Shown: piece after piece, positions 24,104 through 34,445 of the stretch
Numbering within the stretch: position 1 is the stretch's first letter
Layout of the letters: each line of letters opens with the position of its first letter
Source: an uncultured Verrucomicrobiae bacterium
GTDB lineage: Bacteria > Verrucomicrobiota > Verrucomicrobiia > Limisphaerales > Palsa-1400
NCBI GenBank assembly: GCA_963707025.1
Contig: CAVPOM010000013.1
Location: 80,690-144,689, forward strand
Direction: 5' to 3'
Length of the DNA: 64,000 nucleotides
Made by a program: the position numbers and the translations under genes
The notes under the pieces: model-generated
Seen by the model: the letters and a program-made list of their open reading frames with translations, nothing else
What the model was told of the DNA's origin: nothing
Databases searched by the model: none

Positions 24104-24823
24104 GCGGTGTCGGCTTCGCTCCACAGGCGGACTTTGCGCCACCGCCAAGGCTGAGGCTGGACAATTTGGAGGGCCAAGGCTTGGCCCCGCCGGGAAGGCC
24201 CGCGCCAGGACTCCGCGCCGCTGGCCGTTGGGGCGTGATCCTGGCCTTTGACGATACGCTTGGACTCTCAACTCTTCTCTCACGCGGAAGATTTGACCAT
24301 AGGTAGTAAGATATGTCAATGCATTTTTAGAGGAATTTTCATCAAATCGGAGTCAACCGCGAATGGCGCGGTTTCACGGATGGAGAAGGAGGGAAAGGCG
24401 GAATGCATCCTCCTCCGCTTGGCCTATGGAGGACAGGGAATGAAGAATGCAGAATGAAGAAGAGGACCGGAGTTGCCCGCAGATGGAGGCGAATGCGAAC
24501 AGAAGGCAACGAAGGAATTGCCCCTCTTCGTTTCTTCTGGGTGCGCGCAAAGGCAGTTTCCGAGCTTTCTCTCAGGGGATGTCAGAAATATCCGGGGCAG
24601 AAATATAATACGCCCTGCCCCCCCGTTCAGAGCGAAGCGGGCCAATTTCATTTTTCTGCCTCCATTTTTCTGCCAGCGTTTTCACTATGCAAAGGTTTGC
24701 ATGACGCCTGATGCAGCTGAATGGAGAAAGGACTTGCAAACCTGAGAAGAAGGAAGAGGTTTAAGGAAACTGCGCCGCGAAGGTCGTGGGCAAGAAAACA
24801 AATGGAAAATCCGAGTTGAGGTC

Positions 24824-25885
24824 ATGTCAACATACTCCTTACCAGGTCCCACCTGCGGCCGGACGCGGCCGCAGAATATAAACGACGGCACGACCTGCCG
24901 ATCTGTTTCCCCCTGGCCCGGCCCGGTTGACGGCGAGGCCACGTCGGACGGGGTGTCTGCGTGGCCCTCGCGGCAAAAACTGTTGGAGGCGGCTCGGCGC
25001 GCTGCCTCTTATCTTCCGGACGACGCGCGCGAACAGTTCCTCGTTCTGTTCTCCCCCCCAATGCTCGCCCTGACCTCTGCAACCCTGGCCGCTTGGGGCG
25101 TCGGGCAGTTCTTGGGATATGGCGAGGTTGTTGACCTGGCATTGCTTGGGTGGGGTGTTTACGCTCTTGGCGGTGGTATCATTGCAGCTAATAGTGAACT
25201 AGCTGCCTACCTCAAAGGCGCGCTCTCCGCGACAAACAGCGCCGACCTCGACGATGCCGGAAGGCACTTGGCTCGCGTGGTCGCTTCAGTCGGTGTGGGT
25301 GTCTTGGTGGCTGTAGTGTTTAAAGTTGGATCCAAATTGCCGGGACGGGCCATTGCTGCCGCTGGGCTTGAAGCGGACGCCGAAGTTTGGCTGATCAAGC
25401 TGGGCAGGCCTGGGGAGCCACCCTTGGTACGGGCCCGCGTCGGAACGGCAGCCCGGTTCCTCTTGCGCAACAAAGAGGAAGACGAGGTGCTGAATCATTT
25501 GAAGGCCATAGATTTCTCCAAGGACGTCAAGAACGTCACCATATCCAAGGAGGATATCCTGATCCAGCGGTATAGCGATCGCTTGGGCGAATATTTCGCC
25601 CGCATCGGCACTCCCGGCGAAAACTTGGGCATTTCCATGGCTGGCCGGACATTCAAGCGATACAGACTCAAGGAGGGAGTCCAATCCGTTAGCGCTCTGG
25701 AATCCAGCACAACTCCGGTGGTGGACACATGGACCAAGGCCCGGGCACGCCAGGTGCAGATCGGAAGCAGAGGGAAATTTGGGGGTGAAAACGTCACGAT
25801 TATTCGCGGTGGCGAATATGCCGGCGGTGGCGGCCGCCAGCTCATGGTCCTCGATGCCTACAAATATCTTGAAGAGGTCAAGTAG
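24824..25885 (+). CDS. Polymorphic toxin: hydrophobic N-terminal domain (DUF6861-like) plus Ntox46-like C-terminal domain
   Basis: TM helices, then AIDFSKDV...L.Q...G.YF...GT....LGI...ESST.P..DTW...GGG.Q. Family recalled from motif, not searched. Confidence 0.65.
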   Translation: MSTYSLPGPTCGRTRPQNINDGTTCRSVSPWPGPVDGEATSDGVSAWPSRQKLLEAARRAASYLPDDAREQFLVLFSPPMLALTSATLAAWGVGQFLGYGEVVDLALLGWGVYALGGGIIAANSELAAYLKGALSATNSADLDDAGRHLARVVASVGVGVLVAVVFKVGSKLPGRAIAAAGLEADAEVWLIKLGRPGEPPLVRARVGTAARFLLRNKEEDEVLNHLKAIDFSKDVKNVTISKEDILIQRYSDRLGEYFARIGTPGENLGISMAGRTFKRYRLKEGVQSVSALESSTTPVVDTWTKARARQVQIGSRGKFGGENVTIIRGGEYAGGGGRQLMVLDAYKYLEEVK

Positions 25886-26012
25886 GACGGTAGCAGAACG
25901 TAACGGAACGGGGTCGCCGTCGAGTAGAGCGGAGGCGCGGTAGCGATTAGGTCAATGGCTCCCAGTCGTTTCAGCCCTTCCGGGCGTCGTGGCAAAATAG
26001 CCATCAGACCGG

Positions 26013-26700
26013 GCAAAAGGGGCCAACCCATAGTTTGGTGCTATTTGCTGGATGTTCGTCTTGAAAAAACCACGTAAAAGCAAACCACACTATGGGTTGA
26101 TGCGTTTCTTTGCTGCTTGCAAATTATGGAAAACGCTCGATTTTGGCCGCGAATCGGCCATATTGACCGCATGGCCACTATGAGTCATCTCGACAGACCC
26201 ATCCTGTTTTTGGCGACTGTGAATGCCGCGCGATCACGAGACTTTTATCAGCGCGTGCTTGGTTTGGATTTTGTGGCGGAGGAGCCACCGGCTTTGGTGT
26301 TTCAGGTCGGCCATTCGATGCTGCGCATTCAGAAGGTTGATCACGTTCAGCCTGCTCCATACACAGCTATGGGATGGTCAGTTTCTGATATTCGCCGGAC
26401 AGTGCAGCATTTGCGCGGAGCGGGAGTTGTCTTTCAGCGTTATGAAGGCATGAATCAAGACGACGATGGTATATGGCATGCTCCCAGCGGCGCGTTAGTG
26501 GCTTGGTTTCGCGACCCGGATGGCCATGTGCTCTCACTGACGCAATTCAAATGACGAGGTCGCCTAACAACTCGCCGGAGCCAACGCCGGTTGTACCAGC
26601 GCAAAAGGGGTCCACCCATAATTTGGTGCTAATTGATGGATGTTCGTCTTGAAAGAACCACGTAAAAACAAACCAAACCATGGGTTGACGCCCTTTCTTT
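26013..26700. repeat. Two ~100-bp direct repeats (26013-26111, 26601-26700), each self-complementary at its ends
   Basis: GCAAAAGGGG.C.ACCCATA.TTTGGTGCTA...ACCA.AC.ATGGGTTGA occurs in both. Confidence 0.85.
26171..26554 (+). CDS. VOC family protein
   Basis: SRDFYQRVLGL...W.V.DI...L...GV.F...AWFRDPDGHVLSL. Confidence 0.88.
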   Translation: MATMSHLDRPILFLATVNAARSRDFYQRVLGLDFVAEEPPALVFQVGHSMLRIQKVDHVQPAPYTAMGWSVSDIRRTVQHLRGAGVVFQRYEGMNQDDDGIWHAPSGALVAWFRDPDGHVLSLTQFK

Positions 26701-26704
26701 TTCC

Positions 26705-27325
26705 TCAACGCTTGGCGAAGGCGCCCGCCAATTGTCCGACCAAACCGGCAAACGGCATATCCAGCGCGCCATAAACAGGGCCGGCCTTTGCACTGGCGTT
26801 GTCCTTCAGCATTTCCACGGCGACGGTGCAATAATCAATGACGATGACGCCTGCTTGAACCATGCGCAGCAAGCCAGTGATGCGCTTGGTTTCGCTGAAG
26901 GTGCCGGATGCGTCTATCACGCCATAGGCATCGTAGCCCATCCCAGTCGCATGAATGGCGGGCAAGGCCAGACAGACTTCCGTCGAAACGCCAGCGATAA
27001 TGAGCTTCTTCCGCCCGGTCGCCGCCACGGCTTTGGCAAACCGGGGTTCGTCGAACGCGTTGACCGTGGTTCGATTTATGATTGAAATTCCGGGCAACGC
27101 TTCCGTCAACTCCGGGATGACAGGCCCCCACATCTCCGGGGAAGTAGCCGTCACAATAATCGGCACGCCCAAAACCTGGCCGGCTTTTGCCAGCGCGACG
27201 ACGTTATGTTTCAATTCCGCCACCGCGATGTCTCTAACACCAGTGAACAGCCCAACTTGATGGTCAATGAGAAGCAGCGCGGCATTTTCCGGCGTAAGCC
27301 GCTCCGCATATCGTTTGTCTTCCAT
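26705..27325 (-). CDS. Isochorismatase-family hydrolase (YcaC-like)
   Basis: LLLIDHQVGL, R..VNAF, AGVSTEVC, DASG. Confidence 0.88.
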   Translation of the reverse strand: MEDKRYAERLTPENAALLLIDHQVGLFTGVRDIAVAELKHNVVALAKAGQVLGVPIIVTATSPEMWGPVIPELTEALPGISIINRTTVNAFDEPRFAKAVAATGRKKLIIAGVSTEVCLALPAIHATGMGYDAYGVIDASGTFSETKRITGLLRMVQAGVIVIDYCTVAVEMLKDNASAKAGPVYGALDMPFAGLVGQLAGAFAKR

Positions 27326-27527
27326 AGATTTTGTCCTTTCGTTTATTATTCGAGATGCCGTTGACACCGTGCATCGCTCCCACACTATCCGCCGGGCGGA
27401 TGCGGCGGAAATACTTTGTTGCTTGGCTCACCATGCCACTTGGGTATGCTGGCGATTAAGCCGGACTGACCCGTTTGGCTCGGCACCGTGGCGAACCTGC
27501 TGCACGAGGCGCGAAGAAAAGCATAAT

Positions 27528-27648
27528 GAGACTTCTGCAAAACGCCTGTAGCGGCGGTCTAGGACCGTCGCCATGGCGTTATTTCCCCTGGTTTGCGGCG
27601 GTCATAGACCGCCGCTACAATCGTGGACGCGCGTTTTGCAGAGGTCTC
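27528..27648. mobile_element. MITE with 18-bp terminal inverted repeats and 5-bp target duplication, enclosing a GTAG-type REP doublet
   Basis: GAGACTTCTGCAAAACGC / GCGTTTTGCAGAGGTCTC; ATAAT at 27523-27527 and 27649-27653. Confidence 0.8.
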
Positions 27649-27659
27649 ATAATATGCGA

Positions 27660-28844
27660 TTATGCGGGACTGACCCCGTTTGGCTGGACCTGGCCGTTGA
27701 CCGATTTGCGGCGCAGACGCAGGCGCCAACTGGTCAGGACGTTGTAGGAGATGGTGTTTTTCAGCCGGGCAAGGTCATGCACGCTGATTTCCTCGCCGCC
27801 CTGGCGGCCCATGATGACCGCTTCATCCCACATTCGCGCCCCGGCAATGCCGGTGATGTCAACAGTAATGGCGTCCATGGCCACGCCGCCCACCAGCGGG
27901 GCGCGCCGCCCGCGAATGAGCGCGCCGCCCGCGTTGGGCACGCGCGGGAAGCCGTCGCCGTAACCGATGGGCAGCACGGCCAGGCGGCGCGGCGCAGGGG
28001 CGGTGTAGCGCATGCCGTAGCCCGCCACTTCGCCGGGCTTGAGATGCTGGATGGCGGCGATGCGGGCCTTGACGGACATGACCGGCTGGATGCCGGCAAG
28101 GCGCCGGCAAACCGACGAGGGAAACACGCCGTAGATCAGGATGCCCACGCGCACCATGTCGCGATGGGCGCGGGGCAAATCCAGGAAGCCGCCGCTGTTG
28201 CAAAGGTGCTGGCAGGGCGCGCGGCCGCCGGCGCGCCGCCAGGCGCCCATCACTTCGTCGAAGCGCGCGATTTGCAGGAGGGCGAAGCTTTTGTCCGCCT
28301 CGTCGGATTGGGCGAAGTGGGTCATGGCGCCGTCCAGCCGCAACGATTTTTGCGAGTCAATCAATTCCAACAAGGGCAGGGCCTGGTCCCAGCGCACGCC
28401 GTAGCGGCTCATGCCGGTGTGGATTTTGAGGTGGACCGGGACGCGCTTGCCGGCGGCGGCGGCGGCGCGGGCCAGTTGGCGGACGGTGTGGGCCTGGTTG
28501 ACACACACCGTCAGGTCATGCTCGACGCACCAGGGCAATTCCGGTTCCTGCCGTTCGCCCAGGAGCAACAAAGGCGCGGTGATGCCGGCGTCGCGCAAGG
28601 TCATGGCCTCTTCCAGGGTGCTCAAGCCGAAACCCGACGCGCCTTCTTGCAGGGCGATTTGCGCCACCTCCAGGGCGCCGTGCCCGTAGGCTTCGTCCTT
28701 GACGACGGCGAGCAATTTGACGGCGGCGGGCAGGTCGCGGCGGATGAGGCGCAGGTTGTGGCGCAGGCGGGCCAGGTCAATCTCGACCCACGCCGGCCGC
28801 AACGGGAACCCTGCGCGATGAAGGTTCGTCCCGGTCACTCTCAA
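27660..28844 (-). CDS. alr: Alanine racemase
   Basis: AVVKDEAYGHG, TGMSRYG, THFA, RVGILIYG, GYGDG, VAMD. Confidence 0.92.
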   Translation of the reverse strand: MRVTGTNLHRAGFPLRPAWVEIDLARLRHNLRLIRRDLPAAVKLLAVVKDEAYGHGALEVAQIALQEGASGFGLSTLEEAMTLRDAGITAPLLLLGERQEPELPWCVEHDLTVCVNQAHTVRQLARAAAAAGKRVPVHLKIHTGMSRYGVRWDQALPLLELIDSQKSLRLDGAMTHFAQSDEADKSFALLQIARFDEVMGAWRRAGGRAPCQHLCNSGGFLDLPRAHRDMVRVGILIYGVFPSSVCRRLAGIQPVMSVKARIAAIQHLKPGEVAGYGMRYTAPAPRRLAVLPIGYGDGFPRVPNAGGALIRGRRAPLVGGVAMDAITVDITGIAGARMWDEAVIMGRQGGEEISVHDLARLKNTISYNVLTSWRLRLRRKSVNGQVQPNGVSPA

Positions 28845-30046
28845 TGGGGAATGACGGTCGGGGCGATAAAATAAAGCAGGCCGGCCTGGAGTTTGGGCAG
28901 ATCCAATCCCAGGTCCACTTTGAGGGCGGGGGCCTCGCTTTTGCCCAGGACATGGGAGAGCAAGGCGCCGATGAGATCCAGAGGCGGACGATACTGGATC
29001 AGGTTGGCGCTCTCAATGCGGGCCAGGATTTTGGCGCGCTTGACGGCGGTATCGAAATTGCCCAGTTCGTCCACGAAACCGTATCGCAGCGCGCTTTTGC
29101 CGGAGAGGATGCGGCCATCGGCGTAATTGGTCCAGTCGGCCGCCAGGGTTTTGCCTTCGCCGGGGCCGTTTTGCTTGGCGGCCCAGTCGCGCCCGGATTT
29201 GACGACCTCCTTGAATCTATTGAAGGTTTCATCAATGAGGGATTGCACCATCTGCTCCTCCTCGGCGCGGTCTTTGATTTCCTGCGGGGTGAGCTTTTCC
29301 GCGTCGGGCTCCTTCTCGCCGCTGAGCATGTCCTTGAAGCGGCCGCTTTTGATGACCTGGGGGCGCACGCCGATCTTGTCAAAGAGGAGGCGATAATTGT
29401 AGTTGTGCATGATGACGCCGATGCTGCCGGTGATGGTGAGTTCGTTGGCCACAATCCAGCGGCAGGGGGCGGAGATGTAGTAACCGCCGCTGGCCGCCAG
29501 GGAGCCCATGGAAACGACCACCGGTTTTGCCGATTTGTCCTGGAACTTTCTGATGATATTATGGATCTCATCCGACGCCATCACTTCCCCGCCGGGAGAA
29601 TTGACTTTGAGGAGGACGGCCTTGACGTCGGGGTCCCTTTCCGCCAGCTTGAATTGCTCCTTGATGTAGCTCACCAAGTCGGTGTCGGAGTGGAAGATTT
29701 CGCCGCCGGTGATGATGCCGGTGACCTCGACCACGGCGATTTTGTTGTCCGTGTTGGTATGTTCGAGAACGACCTCCTCCAGGTTCTGGACCAGGTCGGC
29801 GCCGGCGCGGGCATGCGAGGCCGCGCCGACCACGCCCTGGATCAGGACGTGGCCCAGGCCCCAAAGCACGATCAATCCCATCAAAATGAACGACAAAATC
29901 TTCCAACCGGAGCCGCCTTTGGGGGGCTGGGCCGGCGGCAGGGTTAATCTGACGGGGGTGGCAATGACTGGGGGCGCGGCCGGTCGCGGCGGCGGCGGGC
30001 TTGGGCGGTAACTTTCCGGCCCCGGCGATGGTGTGTGCTCGTCCAT
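28841..30046 (-). CDS. sppA: Signal peptide peptidase SppA (S49)
   Basis: NSPGGEV, AASGGYY, TGSIGVI, SGRFKD, GFVDELG. Confidence 0.92.
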   Translation of the reverse strand: MDEHTPSPGPESYRPSPPPPRPAAPPVIATPVRLTLPPAQPPKGGSGWKILSFILMGLIVLWGLGHVLIQGVVGAASHARAGADLVQNLEEVVLEHTNTDNKIAVVEVTGIITGGEIFHSDTDLVSYIKEQFKLAERDPDVKAVLLKVNSPGGEVMASDEIHNIIRKFQDKSAKPVVVSMGSLAASGGYYISAPCRWIVANELTITGSIGVIMHNYNYRLLFDKIGVRPQVIKSGRFKDMLSGEKEPDAEKLTPQEIKDRAEEEQMVQSLIDETFNRFKEVVKSGRDWAAKQNGPGEGKTLAADWTNYADGRILSGKSALRYGFVDELGNFDTAVKRAKILARIESANLIQYRPPLDLIGALLSHVLGKSEAPALKVDLGLDLPKLQAGLLYFIAPTVIPH

Positions 30047-30111
30047 AACGCGCGCAACCTAGTCCATCAGGCCGTGGCGGGCAAGATTGGATTTGCAAGG
30101 CGAAGCAGTGC

Positions 30112-31308
30112 CTACATTTCCTTGTTGAAAATCAAAATGTGGCCGTTCCGGGGAAATTGCAGCGTGCCATCGTCGGCGGGTGTGACGGTCACGGTGTCGG
30201 GCTTGTTGCCGGGAAGGGTTACCCCGCAGGTATTGCCGGTTTTCTGCCAGGTTCCCTGGCCCACCGGGGTGGGCAGGGCGCTGTTGGGATTTTGCTTTCG
30301 CAAAATGATCTGATGGTCGGGGGTGGCCGTCAGGGAGCAACCCGTGATAAGAGGGACCAAGGTGGTATGGAGCGCGGTGATCTGGACGCGCGTCAAGTCC
30401 GGATGGCGCCGGCGCTCTTCGGCCAGGGTGACGGGAACATCAATGTTCCAAATGCCCAGAATTTTCTCGCTGTCGAATTTGGGCGATTTGCCGGTGTTGA
30501 GGAACTCCTGCAAATCGGCCAGGTTCCCGCCCAGCAGGCCGTGAATCTGTGCGGGGACGGCGGGGTTGGTGACGATGGCCTGGATTTTGGGGTAGTTGAG
30601 GAGGTCGCGGACTTTGGCCTGGGTCTGGATCATCTGTTGCAGAGTGACGTCGGCGGCGATGTCCTGGATGTCCTTCTGCTGGCTGAGGGTCAGGAGGGCG
30701 GGATAATGGGCCAGGCGGCTTTCCAGCAGGGGGTTGTGCAGCACCAGGTCAATGATGTCGGCGGCCTGGTAGATGGCCGGCGGGATGGGGTCGTGGGCGG
30801 CCAGGACGCGATCCAGGCGGGTCTCATGCAATTGGGCGCGCAGGGTGGTGAGCAGGCGCAGGCCGGCGGGAGCGTCGGGGTCCAGGGCCTCGGTGGTGAA
30901 GTAGCCGACGACGTAAACGGGCATCATCAGGAGGAAGAAATAAACGGCGCCATTGATCAGGCCGACGCAGAAGCCCAGGCGGTTGTAAAGCCGTTCCCAG
31001 CGGAAGAACAGGTGTTCGTCCTTTTGATATTTGAAATGGATGGTTATTTTCTGATGGAGAACGTTGCCCACGATCTTGAAAATGGCGAGGACCGCCAGGA
31101 AGGCGATGGCGATGGGCACGAAGAATTGCCAGAGCGGGTGATGCAGACCCAGGAAGGGCAGGAGGTGGCCGGCCAGGGGAGCAAGCGGCCGGGACAGGAA
31201 GGTGGCAAACAACAGACCGAGCAAGGAAAAGGCCGCGCAGATCGGGCCGCGATAATAACCGGCCAGCCCGACCACCCCCATGCAGAGCAGAGCAATGATC
31301 CAAACCAT
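30112..31308 (-). CDS. CvpA-like membrane protein with soluble C-terminal extension
   Basis: GYYRGPI...four TM helices...RLGFCVGLING. Start inferred. Confidence 0.65.
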   Translation of the reverse strand: MVWIIALLCMGVVGLAGYYRGPICAAFSLLGLLFATFLSRPLAPLAGHLLPFLGLHHPLWQFFVPIAIAFLAVLAIFKIVGNVLHQKITIHFKYQKDEHLFFRWERLYNRLGFCVGLINGAVYFFLLMMPVYVVGYFTTEALDPDAPAGLRLLTTLRAQLHETRLDRVLAAHDPIPPAIYQAADIIDLVLHNPLLESRLAHYPALLTLSQQKDIQDIAADVTLQQMIQTQAKVRDLLNYPKIQAIVTNPAVPAQIHGLLGGNLADLQEFLNTGKSPKFDSEKILGIWNIDVPVTLAEERRRHPDLTRVQITALHTTLVPLITGCSLTATPDHQIILRKQNPNSALPTPVGQGTWQKTGNTCGVTLPGNKPDTVTVTPADDGTLQFPRNGHILIFNKEM

Positions 31309-31466
31309 GCCCCAATCTAGCCCGCCGCCGCCCCGATGGCCAGCATTTAGCGCCCTGGAATGTGGCGCTTGTTTTTCATCCCTGCCCTGTGGCAGGATGT
31401 CAACGTCATGCCGGCCCATTTTTTGAATTGTCTTTGGGGTGGCTGGGCATAAAAACGGCAAACACT

Positions 31467-33606
31467 ATGATGCAAAACCAATCTAAATCAACCCGTTCCC
31501 CCTTCCCTTTACAAAGCCGCTTTGGCTGCTCTGGCTCGATGAGGCCCGGCCTTCTGATCAGACGGAGTTTGCTTTCAATATATGGCGTGGCTTGGAAATG
31601 GTGCCGGATGGGGATGCTGCTCTTGATGGCGCATACGGTTTCCGCGCAAACGGTCTGGCTGGACGACTTGAACCTGAACGCCGCCTCGCAGGGCTGGGGC
31701 CAGCCGCACAAAAATCAGTCCGTGGACGGCCATCCCTTGACCATCGCCGGAAAAACCTTCGCGCGCGGCTTCGGCACCCACGCCGAAAGCATTCTCAGCG
31801 TCAATCTGGATGGCGCCGCCTCGAAGTTTTCCGCCTCGGTGGGCGTGGACGATGAAGTAAATGGCAACCCGGCGGCCAGTGTGCAATTCATCGTGATCGG
31901 CGACGGCAAGACGCTGTGGCAAAGCGGCGTCATGCACGCGCGCGACGCGGCCAAGCAATGCGAGGTCGCTCTGGCCGGCGTCAAATCGCTGGTGCTGGAA
32001 GTGGAGAACGGCGGCGAGGGCATTGACTTCGATCACGCCGATTGGGCGGAGGCGAAATTTGCAACCGACGGCAGCAGGCCGCTGGCCACCGTCGCCGGCT
32101 CCCTGCTTCCGGCCGAGCCTTACGTTCTTACGCCGGCCCCGCCCGCCACCCCGCGCATCAACGGCGCCAATGTCTTTGGCGTGCGGCCCGGCTCGCCGTT
32201 TTTATTCACCATTCCGGCCACGGGCCAGCGCCCCATGGAATTTCTCGCCCAAAATCTGCCGCCCGGTTTGAAACTGGACGCCGGGACGGGACAAATCACC
32301 GGCGCCTTGAAAAAGCCCGGGCGAATTCATGGTCACCTTGCGCGCGAAAAATGCGCGCGGCGCGGCGGAGAAGAAATTCCGCATCGTCTGCGGCGGCCGG
32401 ATCGCGCTCACGCCGCCGCTGGGCTGGAACAGTTGGAATTGCTTTGCCGGGGAAGTGACGGCGGCGCGGGTCAAAGCGGCGGCGGAGGCCATGGTCAAGA
32501 GCGATTTGATCAACCACGGCTGGACTTACATCAACATTGATGACTTCTGGCAAAATCATCGCGACTCCAAAGACCCGACCTTGCACGGTCCGTTTCGCGA
32601 CGCCCAGGGCCAGATCGTGCCCAACCTGCGGTTTCCCGACATGAAAGGGCTGGCCGATTACATTCACAGCCTGGGCTTGAAAGCCGGCTTATACTCCTCG
32701 CCCGGGCCGTGGACCTGCGGCGGTTGCGCGGCCAGTTGGCAGCACGAGGAACAGGATGCGCAGACTTACGCCGGGTGGGGTTTTGATTGTTTGAAATACG
32801 ACTGGTGTTCTTACGGCGACATCGCCTCCCGCGGCGGCGCCAATGGGAAGAGTGTTCCGCGCTGGAGCGGCAGCTCCGCCGATGATGAGGGCGCCGTCCA
32901 TCCTTACCAGGTCATGGGTGATTTTTTGCGCCAACAAAACCGCGACATTGTTTTCAGCCTTTGCCAATACGGCATGGCCAGGGTGTGGCGCTGGGGCGGC
33001 TCGGTGCAGGGCAACTGCTGGCGCACCACCGGCGACATCGGGGAAAGCTGGGGCAGCATGAGCGGCATCGGTTTCAGCCAGGACAAAGCCGCCCCCTACG
33101 CCAAGCCGGGAAATTGGAATGATCCGGACATGCTGATTGTCGGCCAGGTCGGCTGGGGCAATCCGCATCCGACGCGGCTCCGGCCCGATGAACAATACAC
33201 CCACATCAGCCTGTGGTGCCTGCTCTCCGCGCCCCTGCTCATCGGCTGCGACATGGAAAAGCTGGATGACTTCACCCTGAGCCTCCTGAGCAATGACGAG
33301 GTGCTGGCGCTGGATCAGGACGCCCTGGGCAAACAGGCCACCTGCGTGCTGACCAACGACTTTGTCCGCGTCTATGAAAAGGATTTGGAAGATGGCGGAC
33401 ACGCCCTGGGCTTTTTCAATCTGGGGTTGTTGCCGGCCAGCCTGGATTTCGACCGGCTGGCGCAACTGGGCTTGACCGGCAGGCAACACGTCCGCGATTT
33501 ATGGCGGCAGAAAAATTTGCCGGATGCGGACCCGGCCAAAGGGACGTTGCCCATCACGATTCCCGCGCACGGCGTCATGCTTTACAAGCTGACGGCGGCG
33601 AGGTAG
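31467..33606 (+). CDS. GH27 alpha-galactosidase with NPCBM and Ig-like domains; 1-bp frameshift near 32320
   Basis: QGWG...GFGTHA...DHADW (NPCBM); TPPLGWNSWN, NIDDFW, LKYDWC, WRTTGDI, WNDPDML. Start uncertain. Confidence 0.88.
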
Positions 33607-33814
33607 CCGGGCAGTGCGGGAGAAAATTATTTGAGTTGTTTGCAGTTCCGGTGTAGGGCGGGGTCCGGAACTTCCCGCTTTACAAACCGGCTTTTACTTG
33701 ATAGACTAATTCCTGAATTTCAGCGCAGTCGCAGGCCTGAGAACGATTCCGCCTTTGCAGCCCTCAAACCGCCGGGGGCGGCCCGGCCCCGCGACGCGAT
33801 GCGATCCATCGGAT

Positions 33815-34375
33815 ATGAACGAGGTCACACGGCTGCTCGGGGCCATTGAGCAAGGCGACCCCAGGGCCGCCGGGGAATTATTGCCGCTGGTCTATGAGGA
33901 ACTGCGCCGGCTGGCCACGCAGAAGATGGCGCACGAGGCCGCCGGCCAAACGCTGCAACCCACCGCCCTGGTCCACGAGGCCTGGCTGCGGCTGGCCGGC
34001 TCGCAGGCTCAGCAATGGAACAGCCGGGGACACTTCTTCGCCGCCGCCGCCGAGGCCATGCGCCGCATTCTCATTGACAATGCCCGCCGCAAGCACCGCC
34101 TCCGGCACGGCCAGGGACTGGCCCGCGTGGATCTGGACCAGGTGGATGTGGCGATCCACTCGGACGACGACACCCTCCTCCGTGTGGATGAGGCCTTGCA
34201 GAAGCTGGCGCAGGAGGACCCGGTCAAGGCCCAGTTGGTCAAGCTGCGCTTTTTCATCGGCCTGAGCATCGCCGAGGCCGGCCAGGCCCTGGGCTTGTCC
34301 GAGTCCACCGCCAAGCGCTTTTGGGCTTACGCCCGGGCCTGGCTTTATGAGGAACTCAGGGGCGATTCCAAATAA
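33815..34375 (+). CDS. ECF sigma factor of the kinase-associated type
   Basis: VTRLL...LLPLVYEELRRLA...TLQPTALVHEAWLRL...AMRRIL...LRFF.GL...W.YARAWL. Confidence 0.92.
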   Translation: MNEVTRLLGAIEQGDPRAAGELLPLVYEELRRLATQKMAHEAAGQTLQPTALVHEAWLRLAGSQAQQWNSRGHFFAAAAEAMRRILIDNARRKHRLRHGQGLARVDLDQVDVAIHSDDDTLLRVDEALQKLAQEDPVKAQLVKLRFFIGLSIAEAGQALGLSESTAKRFWAYARAWLYEELRGDSK

Positions 34376-34445
34376 GCCAAAAAGATTTTATCCCGCTCTG
34401 AACCAATTTGGCTAAAAAAAACGCCACTGCAGGTAGAACGAGATT

